Shown here in pieces: positions 53,291 through 64,000 of a stretch of 64,000 nucleotides of DNA. The translations under genes were made by a program, and so were the position numbers. Under the pieces are notes generated by a model, which saw only the letters and a list, made by a program, of their open reading frames with translations, did not search any database and was not told the DNA's origin. Numbering within the stretch: the first letter of the stretch is position 1; each line of letters opens with the position of its first letter. The DNA is from the human T2T-CHM13v2.0 reference genome, Homo sapiens, in NCBI RefSeq assembly GCF_009914755.1, contig NC_060929.1. One strand, 5' to 3'.

Positions 53291-56200
53291 AATTATAAAT
53301 AATATTTGAATTTGGCAAAAATTATGAAAGCCTGATAAAAATTGTAATATTTAATTTGTAAAATTAAAACATCATTATTATGAATACATATTAAGATATG
53401 TATTTAAGATAATTATCTTGAATAATAATGCACTGGAATTTCTATTTCCAGCCATGATAGAATAACAGAGCACAGATTTGGCTTCTCATGTTAAACAACT
53501 GAACCGTCAGAAAAATATATGAAAATAATGATGTTTCAAGTATCAGAGAACAATCAGTGCAGACAGTAACACCTAGGAGAGAAGAACTAATGAAATGAGC
53601 TTTAAGATTGCTGTGCATACTGCTCGGAGAATTTCCAGGCCATAGCACAACTCAAATATCACAGCTCAACTGGCTATCTGCCTAAGTTGAAGGGACAGAG
53701 TTGAACATTCTGAGAAGTCAAAGTGGTTAGAATTTGCAGGGCAGGTTACTGGAGAGAAGAGAAATGCACAGACATCCAAATGTCTGCAGATGGCTCCTGT
53801 AAAGTCTTCAGCTGAATGCTGGTCAGCACATTCACGTAAGGGAATTATCTGAAGGTAGGGGAAAAAAAATCACCAGAAAGGAATAATCAGAACAATCCCT
53901 ACAGCTCACTCAGAGCCAGGAATAGTTTGTGTTTTCACTAATTCAAATGAAAAAAATAATCTTGTTAATATACAAGGCATCAAAAAGAGTGCTAAGAAAT
54001 ATTTCTCTTAAAGAGGAAAAATTAGCTCTGGACTAATGTGCTGGAATTTCTATTTTCTGGACTAGTGGCTACTCTGGATACACCTAACAAAGCAAAAAGC
54101 AGGAATTGAAGTGATCAAACTGTTTTCAAATGATGTAATTGTGTCTCAGAATAAATTCTAAGTATATTTCACTGAGATGGAATATGTAGGACCTAACAAA
54201 ATAAATTTCAAAATACCTAGCATCTAATAAAGAAATGAGCAGATATTCAATGAAGTAGGAAAATAAGATTCTTAATTAAGAGGAAAAAATAATGAAATGC
54301 CAAAAATGATATAATTATTAAAAAAAGAAAAACAGTTTTGATATACTCTATATATACTCAAGATGACAGATAAGCACAAACATGTTAAGGAGAGGCATGG
54401 AAGATTACTGGACTTTTGAAGATGAAAAATACAATGTCAAAGAGGAAAAAGGCATTGCATGGCATTGCCAAGAGGTTAGAAATGGAAGAAGAATACATTA
54501 GTGAACTTGAAGATACATCAATTAAACTATCCTGGATGAACTCAAGAGAGAAAAATGAGTGAAAAAAATGAACAGTATCAGTGAGCTGTGAAATATCAAA
54601 TGACCTAAAATACATTCAAATCATAGAATCCCCAAAGCAGAGGAAGAGGGCAGAGAAATACATGAAAAATAATGACTTCAGTTTTTTTTTTTGTTTTCAA
54701 ATTGATGAGAACTATAAACCACAGATTCAAGAAGCTTACAAACCCCAACCTTAAGAAACATGAAAAAAACTGCAAGGGACATCATAATCACATTGCTTAA
54801 AACCAGTGATAAGAAAAAAAATCTTAAAAACAGCCACAGGAAAAAGATACATTATGTATAGGAAAATGAAGATAAGAATACAAGTCAGGATTACTGTGGC
54901 AGTACTTTTTTAAGTAAAGGAAGAAAAAAAAAGGACCTATCAAACTAGAATTCCATATTCTACAAAAATATCTTTCAAGGAAAATGAAAAAAAAAAGGCA
55001 TACAAAGGCTAACAAAATTCACCACCAGCACTGCAAAGAAATGTTAAAGGAAGTTCTTCAGGAAGATAAAAATCTCAATCTATTCAAGGAATGAAGATCA
55101 ACAGATAAAGTAAGTATGCATGTGAAAATAAAATATAATTTTCCTATTTATAAGTTTCTTTGAAAGATAATTGATTTTTAAAAATAAAAATAACTGAATT
55201 TATCATATAGGTGTGTAGAAGCAAAATGGATGATAACAACAGCACAAAGACTGGGAAAAGGAAATAAAGAGTATACACTAATAAGATTTTACATTATATG
55301 TGAAGTGAGACATTACTTTAAGCTAGACAGTGACATATTAAACATGCATGTTATAAACACTAAAGCAAACAGTAAAACACAAAACGAAGAGTTAAAGCTA
55401 ATTAGCCAGTCAAGAATGTAAAACAAAATTTTTAAATTAATTAATTTAAAATAAGGCAGAAAGAAGGAAAAAAAAAAGAATAAAGTGTGAAAATGGAAAA
55501 CAAATAGCGATATGGTTGATTTAACCTAATCATATCATTAATCAAATTAAATGGTTTTCAACATTCCCTGATTAAAAGACATAGGTTTTCAAATTGGATG
55601 TAAAAGTAGGATCCAATTATGTCCTTCTTCAAGAAATACATTTTAAAAATAAAGAAAGAAACAAATTAAAAGTAAATAATGGAAATGAATATACCAAGCT
55701 AACAATCAAAGAACAATAGAATTAATTATTTTATACCAGACAAATTATACCAGTAAAGAATATTACCAGGGATAAAGAAGATAATTTGATAATGATAAAG
55801 GTATCAGTTGATCAGGAGGACATAATGGTTCTAAACATTTATGCTGCTAATAACAGTGCTTCAAAATACATGAAGCAAAACCTGAAAGAACTGAAAACAG
55901 AAACAGACAAATCACCATTACAGAGACAGATTTCAATACCTCTCTCTAAATAACTGACAGGACAATGATACAGCACTTTCAAGCACTATCAACCAAAATG
56001 ACCTAGAACGCTCAACCAAATAAGTACCAATGATGTACACATTACTTTCAAGTACCCATAGAACGTGTAGCAAGATAGACCATACTTTGTCAAAAAATGA
56101 GTTTGCATAAACTAATTCAATTATGACAAAGTATATTCTTTGACCACAATGAAAATAATATGAATTAGAAATCATTAACTAAAAAGAATGGGAAATCTAA

Positions 56201-56847
56201 AATATTTTAAAATTAAATAAAACATCTTAAAAACCGATGGATCACAAAAAAAAAGAATCAAAAGGGAATGACACAGCATTTTGAACTGAAATAAAATGAA
56301 AACACAACATATCAAATTTTATGGTAGGGTAGCTAAAGGAATGTTTAGAGAAAATGTTGCAGAATTCTTCAATTAATTAGCAAAGCTTAAAAGAAATGAC
56401 CTAAACTTCTAATTTAAGAACCAAGAAAAAGAAGCATAGATTAAACATAAAGCATATAAGAGTTATCTATAAAAGAACAGCAAATTCCACTGAAAGAACA
56501 GAAAACGTGCAATAGAAAACAGAAAAACAATAGATAAAATCAATAAACCGAAAGCTAGATTTTTAGAATAATCTGTAAATATGAATTAGGAAAAAATTAT
56601 CAATATTAAAAATGAAAGAGGGTAATCACAACATACTTTACAGGCATTAAATTGATAATGAGGGATTTTATGAATAACTCTTGCCAATAAAAACTAACAA
56701 CTTAAATGAAACAAATTCCTTGAAACACAAACTATTAAACCTAAATATTCCTATATCTATTAAAGTAATAGAACACATGTATTTGAGAATATTCCTACAA
56801 AGGAAACTCTAGGTACAAAAATATTCACTGGCGAAGTTAACAAAATA

Positions 56848-57036
56848 TTTTAGGAAGAGAAAAAATATTACTTCCACACAAACCTTTTCAGAAAGTAGGA
56901 GACAAGGGTATACTTCCTCACTAATTGTATGAGACCAATATTGCCCTGATTAAAAAAAAGAAAATCAGAAGAAAAGAAAACTACAGAGCTTCGTCTGCTC
57001 ATTAACTAACATGCAAAAATCTCAAAATTTTAGCAA
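56848..57036 (+). repeat. Copy 1 of a 190-bp direct duplication (copy 2 at 58481-58666)
   Basis: TATTACTTCCACACAAA...TATGAGACCAATATTGCCCTGATT...CTACAGAGCTTC.TCTGCTCATTAACTAA shared, roughly 90% identical by eye. Confidence 0.93.
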
Positions 57037-58480
57037 GTCTCATCTTGCAATGTATAAAAAGAATATTTTCTGACCAAGTGGGATTTATCCCAGTAAGGGA
57101 AATTTGACTTAACATATACAATTTAATGTATTTCACTATATTCACAGATTAAACATGAAAAATCATATGACCCTCATAACAGATTCAGAAAAAATGAAAA
57201 AACAAGTGACAAAGTCTAATATCTGTTTATGATAAAAACTCTCAAGGGACTAGAAATAAAAGTGAACTTGCTCAATCAGATAAAGGATATCTATAAAAAG
57301 CATACAATCAACACCACTTTTAATGGTGAAAGACAATGCTTTCCTCCCTAATATTAGGGAAGAAACAAGAATAACTGCTGTTACCACTTCTAATTTACTA
57401 GATTGTACTAGAGACATTACCCAGTGCAATAAGACAAAAACAACAAAGGAAGAAAGAGAGGGGGTGGGGTGGGAGGGGAGGAGAAAGAGAGAGAGGAAGA
57501 AAGAAAAAGAGAAATAAAATACATACAGAATTACAAGAGAGATGTAAAACTATCAGAGATGATGTAATAGTCTATGTAGAAAATCCAGGTAAGTTATACA
57601 AAAAGCTGTAGACCTAATAAGTGAATTTAGAATGTTTGCAAGATGAAAAGTCAATATACAAAAAATCAATTGTATTTCTATGTACTAGCAATGAAAAATT
57701 TACAAATTGAAATGAGAAAAAACAATTTATAAATGTATCAAATATGAAATAATTAGGGATAAGTTTGATTAAAAACTTTCAGGACCTATATGCTGAAAAC
57801 TATGGAAAGATTTCTAAGTGAAATTAAAGAAGAAATAAAGTGAGAGATAAACTATGTTTATGAATTAGAAGACTCAACATTGTTATTTTGTCAATCTTCC
57901 CAAACTGATATGTCTACGTTCAAATCAATCTTAAACAAAAGAGTACCATGTTGTTTCTACAGAGATTAATAAACAAATTCTAAAATTAACATAGAAATTC
58001 AGAAGAGCTACAATACTTCCCCAAAAAATTTTAAAATAGAAAAACAAAATTGTAGGACTTATACAACCTGATATCAAAACTTAGCCATAAAGCTATGAGA
58101 ATGAATACATTCATATTAGTATAAAGATAGATACAGTATATAGATCAATGAAGCAGAATATTTTAGAAATAGACCCACACATACATGGTCAATTTATTTT
58201 CTACAGTTTTCAAGAAAATTCATTGGAAAAATATTTTTAATAAATGGTGCTGGGAAAAAATGCAAAATCAAACCAAAACCAAACCCCCAAACTCTACCTT
58301 ATACTGTATGCAAAAATGTGTTCACAATGGATCATATTCCTAAAGAGGACAATTATAAAATGTCCAGAAGGAAAACTAGGAGAAATTTTGGTGACCATGG
58401 GCTTGGAAAGACATTTCCTTAATAGGACATCAAAACTATAATCTCTTTTAAAAACATACTTTTTAAAACTTTTAAAAACT

Positions 58481-58666
58481 TTTTAGGAAGGGAAAAAAAT
58501 ATTACTTCCACACAAATCTTTCCAGAAAGTAGACGACAAGGGAATACTTCCTGACTAATTTTATGAGACCAATATTGCCCTGATTTTAAAAAAATCAGAA
58601 GAAAGGAAAACTACAGAGCTTCATCTGCTCATTAACTAAGATGCAAAAATCTCCAAATTTTGGCAA
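58481..58666 (+). repeat. Copy 2 of the 190-bp direct duplication, out of L1 colinear order
   Basis: Same idiosyncratic sequence as 56848-57036, preceded by TTTTAAAAAC stutters. Confidence 0.93.
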
Positions 58667-60736
58667 ACCTATGAAGTTAAAAAGTAAAAACATAATTTTT
58701 ATTTTGTCAAAATTAGGAACATTTTCTCTTCCAAATAAAGTTTCTTTTTAGAAAATGGAAAAGCAAGGCAGATGAGAAAATATTTGCAAAACATATCTGA
58801 TAAATTACTTATGCTGCATTATATCAAGGACTCTCAAACTTCAATAAGATAAATAATAAAAGGAATTTGCAAATGATTTTAACACATTTATCAAAGAAGA
58901 TATACAGATAGTTAATAAATACATAAAATATCACAAATTCACTAGTCATTAGAGAAATGCAAATTAAATCCAAAATGAGATACCACTGTACATTCTTTAT
59001 AGTGGGTAGAAATAAAAAGCCTGATCATGTAAAATGCTGGTGAGGGTGTGAAACAATTTTAACTCTTAGGTAATGCTGATTGAAATATAAAATCATACAA
59101 CTTTGGAAAACAGATTATCATGTTTAAAAAAGTGAAATATACACGTTTCTTCCACTCTTAGGTATTACTTAATGAAGATAAATGAAAACATATGCCCACA
59201 CAAAGGAATGTGAATGGAATAAAAAAGACAAGAAAACTATGATTCAATTCCATAAAATTCCAGAAAATGCAAGCTTGCCTGTCATAACTGTAAGAATATC
59301 AGTGGTTGCTGGAGACAAAAGACAGGTGATGACAGGGAAGAATAGCTGTATTACAAAGTGGCATGAAAATACTTCTTGGAGTGATGGATATGTTTATTTC
59401 CTTGATTGTAGTGATGGATTTACAGGTATGCACATATGTTAAGTTCACGAAATTTTACACTTTAAATATATACACTGTGCTACGTGTCATTTATATCACA
59501 ATGAAGCTGTTCAAATTAATAAACCATGACTCGGTACTTGAAACAAATGACCTGCTCTTCAATCCCAGCTTTTTCATACATTCTTTCTCTAGGTGACCAA
59601 AGGCAGGGAGTCTTACATGTTATTAGCATCCCGTGACCTCTTAGCAAATGTCAGGAACTCTTCTTAGTACTGTTCATGGATTATATCTTTATAACGAATT
59701 GATAAAGTAAATTATATCATTAATCTCTTAAATGTTATTTTTAAACTCTATAGTTGACCTTTTAAAATGGTTAAGTAACCTGTTTAAAGCCACAGAGTTA
59801 GAAGGTAAGTGGGATTTAATGCAGGCATCTGAAATTTGTGCCCATACATTTATTAACAAGATTGTATTACTTCTGGTGGGGAAGGGAGTATTAGGCTCCA
59901 AATAATGTGTTGAGGTAGATTGAGTTCCACAAAGTGGCTGTCAGATCAGAAGTCTTTAAAAGCAGAGCAGGAGACATTGCTTCTGTTGCTGATGAAAAAC
60001 AATTTATTTACAACGGTGTTGACAGCCCTGGAGCCCAGGAAAGGTAAGGACTAGACTCTGCATCCTGCCGGTAAAAAATGATGACTAAGTAAAGTTGATT
60101 CTTCATGTAAATTGCTAATAGAGTCACAGTTATTGACATAAGGTCCCCCCTGCCAATCACTTATGTCAGTACAGTTCTGGACAGGAAAAGAACATGAAAC
60201 AGAGAAAGGCTTGACATTAAAGACATGGGCGTCAAGAGAAGAGATATGTAGGAATTAGTCTAGGCAGACATTCGTTTCAAACACTGGAGTCTGCTTAGTA
60301 TAATTAGGAGAGACAGAGGTGGTGATTAGGTGTATAACTACCCTTTATTTTAATTCAACTCATTTTATATGAGTTATAATTTCATGATTTTAATCTAAAT
60401 CAAAAGTTATACATCTGCTATCATTCTTTGCTTACTAAATTTTAATGGTCTAAGTTGCTGACCTGTAGAATGGGCATAGGTATAACCATTTCTATTTGTT
60501 GTAGTCTTTATACAACAGTATGCATGTAAAGTAAAAGCTTTCAATTTTTTCCCTAGTTCACTTCAGCATACTGGAGGGATGGGAACTTCCCCCTCACTTT
60601 TATCAGTTGCTCACTAAAGTAACAACCTTCAATGGTAAGACAGTCTGGAGAACAGGGAGGCAAGATACATAGTAAGCTGGTAAGCCTAGGGAACATATTA
60701 GAATATTGGGAAGATGGGAGAAGTGAGAACAGTAGT

Positions 60737-61575
60737 TGTTTTTATAAAAGCATTATTAAGTTATGATTCACATACTATAAAATTCAGTTGTTTCTAGTAC
60801 ATTCACAAGTTGTGCAACCATTACTACCAATTCCAGAACATTTTCATCAACCAAGAAATAAACATTAGCACTTACTCTCCCTTCCTCCCCTCTCCCAGTT
60901 CCTGACAATCACAAATCTGCCTCTATGGATTTGCCTATTCTGTGGACATTTCATATGAATGGGATCATACAGTATATAACTTTTGTGATTGGATTATTTC
61001 ACTTACAATAATGTTTTCAAGGTTCATCCATGTAGCAGCATGCACCAGCACTTTATTCATTTTTATGACTGAATAATATTGCAGTGTTTGGATATTACAC
61101 ATATTTTTATTCATTAGGTGATGGACATGTGGATACTTTCTAGTTTTTGGCTCCTATAAATAATGCTGCCATAAATACTGTGTACAAGTTTTTGTATGAA
61201 TATATGTCTCTATTGAATATATACCAAGGAATGTGATGTTTGGTCTTTATGCTTACTATTTTTAGGACCTGCTAAATAGTTTCCTAAAGCAGCTTTACCA
61301 TTTTGTAAACTTACCAGCAATGTATAAGGGTTCCAACTCCCTCACATCCTCACCAACATTTGTTGTCTGTCTTGTCCATTTTAGTTATCTTAGTGTGTGT
61401 GAAGTGGTATTTCATTGCGGTTTTAAAATTGCACTTGCCTAATAACTAATGTTGAATATCTTTTCATGCTCCTATTGTATACATTCTTTGCAGAAAGGTC
61501 CACTAAAATCCTTTGCCCAGTAAAATTTTTTTTTGTTTTAATCACTGAGTTTTAAACTTCTTTTATATGGTGGTT
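60737..61575 (-). mobile_element. L1MB-like 3' end
   Basis: TTCACAAGTTGTGCAACCATTAC...TTCCAGAACATTTTCATC...CTCTATGGATTTGCCTATTCTG.GGACATTTCATAT. Confidence 0.88.
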
Positions 61576-61619
61576 GAAGTGCATTTCTTTTGAGAATAAC
61601 TGACATCTCTTATTTTTCA

Positions 61620-61975
61620 CAGTAGCTCTCAAAGTGTAGTCCGAGAGCCGCTGGTGGACCCTGAGACTCTTTCAGGAGGTCTAACGGCATCAAAATTATT
61701 TCCACTCCACCACGTGTACACTGAATTTTCCAGCTACTACATGTCTGACAGTATAACAGATTAAATATAGAGGCAGACATGAGAATCCAGCTGAATTTAC
61801 CTAAGCTAGACATTAAAAAGATTTGCAAAAATGTAAAACAATGTCACTTTTCTCACGAATACAAATAATTTTTTGTTTTTGAAAATATTGTCACTTTTCA
61901 TAAAAATATGTTATGGGTAATGTAATAGGTTTGTCGTTGTTATTTGACATGAATTAATGCATTTTTAAAAAATTT
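61620..61975. mobile_element. Charlie1-family hAT terminal fragment
   Basis: CAGTAGCTCTCAAAGTGTAGTCC...GCAGACATGAGAATCCAGCTG...AGATTTGCAAAAATGTAAAACAATG. Confidence 0.85.
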
Positions 61976-62454
61976 GCCACAGACAGGTGTGATGCTTGGC
62001 ATATAGTAGACACTCAATAAAAGCCAATTTTTCCTTTTATAATGCAGCACCATTCAATATTAGAGGAAGACTGTAGATGAATTTATTCACCTGTGCCATA
62101 TTTTTCATTGCTGCACATAATAAGAAGAACTACACAGAAGAGTGAAAGAATTCAAAAGGTGATATGTGAGAACTTAAAGGAGAACATAATATTTTCCATC
62201 CAATGTTTATGTTTCTGACATATAGCTTGAGTAAACCTGGCATTCCTACGTCATGCCCTTGAGTTTCCCACATGCTACCACCAATCAGGTAGAACCAGTT
62301 GCTTCCAGGCATTTCTAATAGTGTAATAATTATGAACACGAGCTATGGAATCAAATGATGTGTATACTTCCTTTTAGTGATGCCCTCTTACTAACTACAT
62401 GAACTTGAAATGGTTACCCAACATTTCTGAGAGATGGTATGTATATCTGTATTG

Positions 62455-62622
62455 TGATAGTGGTTAAGAGCATGGTTTCTGGAGCTAGACTGCTGGGGTT
62501 TTAATCCTAGATCTGCCAATTACTATGTAACCTTAATACATGTTATTTAATGTATTTTTAATTCATCATCTGTAAAAATGAGAATAATAACAGTCCATCC
62601 TCATAGTGTTGTTGTGAGATTT
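62455..62622 (+). mobile_element. MIR SINE (3' end resumes at about 63100-63160)
   Basis: TAGTGGTTAAGAGCATGGTTTCTGGAGCTAGACTG...CATCATCTGTAAAAATGAGAATAATAACAG. Confidence 0.85.
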
Positions 62623-62624
62623 TT

Positions 62625-62735
62625 ATATACATAATATATAAAATATATATTATACATTATATATTACATGTAAATTATATAATATATTAGATATATAAAA
62701 TATACATTATATATTCTATATGTAACATATGGAAT
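62625..62735. repeat. AT-rich low-complexity (TA-type) tract
   Basis: ATATACATAATATATAAAATATATATTATACATTATAT... Confidence 0.85.
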
Positions 62736-62773
62736 ATAAGACTAAATTCTAACAATAGATCATCTTTGAAGAT

Positions 62774-63074
62774 TTATTTTTTCCAAGACAGTCTTACTCT
62801 ACTACCCAGGCTGAAGTGCAGTGGTTCGATTTCCACTCACTGAAACCTCTGCCTCCCAAGTTCAAGTGATTCTCATGTCTCAGCCTCCCTAATAGCTGGG
62901 AATACAGGAGCATACCACCAAGACTGGCTAATTTTTTTTTTTTTTTTGTATTTTTACTAGAGATACGGTTTTGCCATGTTGGGCAACCTGGTCTCAAACC
63001 CCTGGCCTCAAGTGATCCACCTGCCTCAGCCTCTCAAAGTGCTGGGATTACAGATGTGAGCTACCACACCTGGC
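62774..63074 (-). mobile_element. Alu (AluJ/old S) SINE
   Basis: AGACAGTCTTACTCT...CTGGCCTCAAGTGATCC...CCACACCTGGC. Confidence 0.94.
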
Positions 63075-63169
63075 TAACAATATTCAAGTATTTGAATCTT
63101 AGAATATTAGAATAATGCCTGGCATAAAATAAGTGTTCTGATAGTGTTTGCCACATTATCATTTATTTC

Positions 63170-63310
63170 TAAATTTTCTCATCTCTGTAATGAGGATAAC
63201 AATAGTCCCTACTTCATGGGATTGTTAAAAATATACAAAAATACATTTAATGTGCTAGAGTATCAGGCACAGAGTAAACTCCTGAGAAAATATTAGGTAT
63301 TATTATTGTT
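63170..63310 (+). mobile_element. MIR SINE fragment
   Basis: TTTTCTCATCTCTGTAATGAGGATAACAATAG...GGCACAGAGTAAACT. Confidence 0.7.
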
Positions 63311-63452
63311 ACTGTTAGACAGTTGGCTAGTTAAGGGACCATAAAATCATTAATCTATGATTGTAGTTCAAAAGGATAATTATTCTCAGTTAAATAATTG
63401 TATTCTAGAATTTTCATACTAGAAGGAGCCTTGGAATTCTTCTTGCAAAGTC

Positions 63453-63608
63453 CAGCAATTCTCAATTTAATTTTGAATTTGAATTACCTAGGCTCCAACT
63501 CAGTTCTATTAAATCATAGTTTCTGTGGTTGAAGTTTTGGCATCTATATGTCTGTCCAAAACCTCTCCAGGTATTTCTTATGTGTAATTGAGTTTGGGAA
63601 TCACCATG
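63453..63608. mobile_element. MER5-type MITE inserted into a reverse MIR (about 63410-63730)
   Basis: CAGCAATTCTCAA...CTCTCCAGGTATTTCTTATGTG...GTTTGGGAATCAC; MIR core TTCATTTTATATTTGAGGGAAGAGAGATTCAGAGAGG downstream. Confidence 0.6.
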
Positions 63609-64000
63609 ATAACTAGTCCCTTCATTTTATATTTGAGGGAAGAGAGATTCAGAGAGGCAGGAAGCTTGGTGAGTAAGTCATCTCAAAGCCAAGAGAAGAG
63701 CCTCATTTTCTAGACTTCCAGTCAAATATAACTTGTTAGACCTTCATACATCAGTGTGAGTTTTGGATTCTTCTTAACGATAGTTTTATCTATAGAAAGA
63801 GCATAGGGATTTTGAAAGCTGGAGCTATAAAACCATTAACTCCATTAACTCTATATAAACCTCCCAGATTCGCAATTTGACTAAGGACTGATATTAGCTT
63901 AGTTGCTGGTCTATGCATATTCCCCAAATTTACCAACTTCTCTGTGATACCATCAACAGCAATAGAAAATAGTTACATGTTCTGAAACTTGATAAATCTC

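Larger units (their letters stand above)
53430..59520 (+). mobile_element. Near full-length ancient L1M (L1ME/L1MC-like): 5'UTR, ORF1, ORF2, 3'UTR, heavily decayed
   Basis: Colinear L1 landmarks: ATTAGTGAACTTGAAGA (ORF1), GACCAAGTGGGATTTATCCCAG (RT), AGTCATTAGAGAAATGCAAATTAA (C-terminus), GGATATGTTTATTTCCTTGATTGTAGTGATGG (3'UTR). Confidence 0.9.

Overview
AT-rich primate (simian, probably catarrhine or human-like) nuclear DNA, intronic or intergenic, and dominated by transposable elements. It holds a full-length but decayed L1PA7-like LINE-1 with TSDs (26159-32435) and two 5'-inverted (twin-primed) L1PA insertions. There are also several old L1M elements, 12 largely complete Alus plus one Alu stub, MaLR/ERVL LTRs, DNA-transposon MITEs (MADE1, MER47/Tigger5, Tigger3, MER5, MER20, MER102, Charlie1), and L2/MIR remnants. 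No recognisable host protein-coding gene, RNA gene, CRISPR array or prokaryotic feature was seen. The ORF track is explained by L1/Alu fragments and chance ORFs. The most interesting signals are: (i) a candidate 12-nt minus-strand microexon with an SRRM4-type UGC motif in a repeat-free island, plus other frame-preserving exon-like segments; (ii) a set of short locally templated rearrangements (expanded MADE1 hairpin, a 93-bp spacer-less palindrome, 85-bp, 22-bp and 190-bp templated copies); (iii) an ORF0-homologous 100-codon antisense ORF in the L1 5'UTR with a re-created ATG; (iv) unusual L1 architectures. I found no convincing wholly new biological system. Repeat subfamily calls and old-repeat boundaries come from visual recall of consensus sequences and are approximate.
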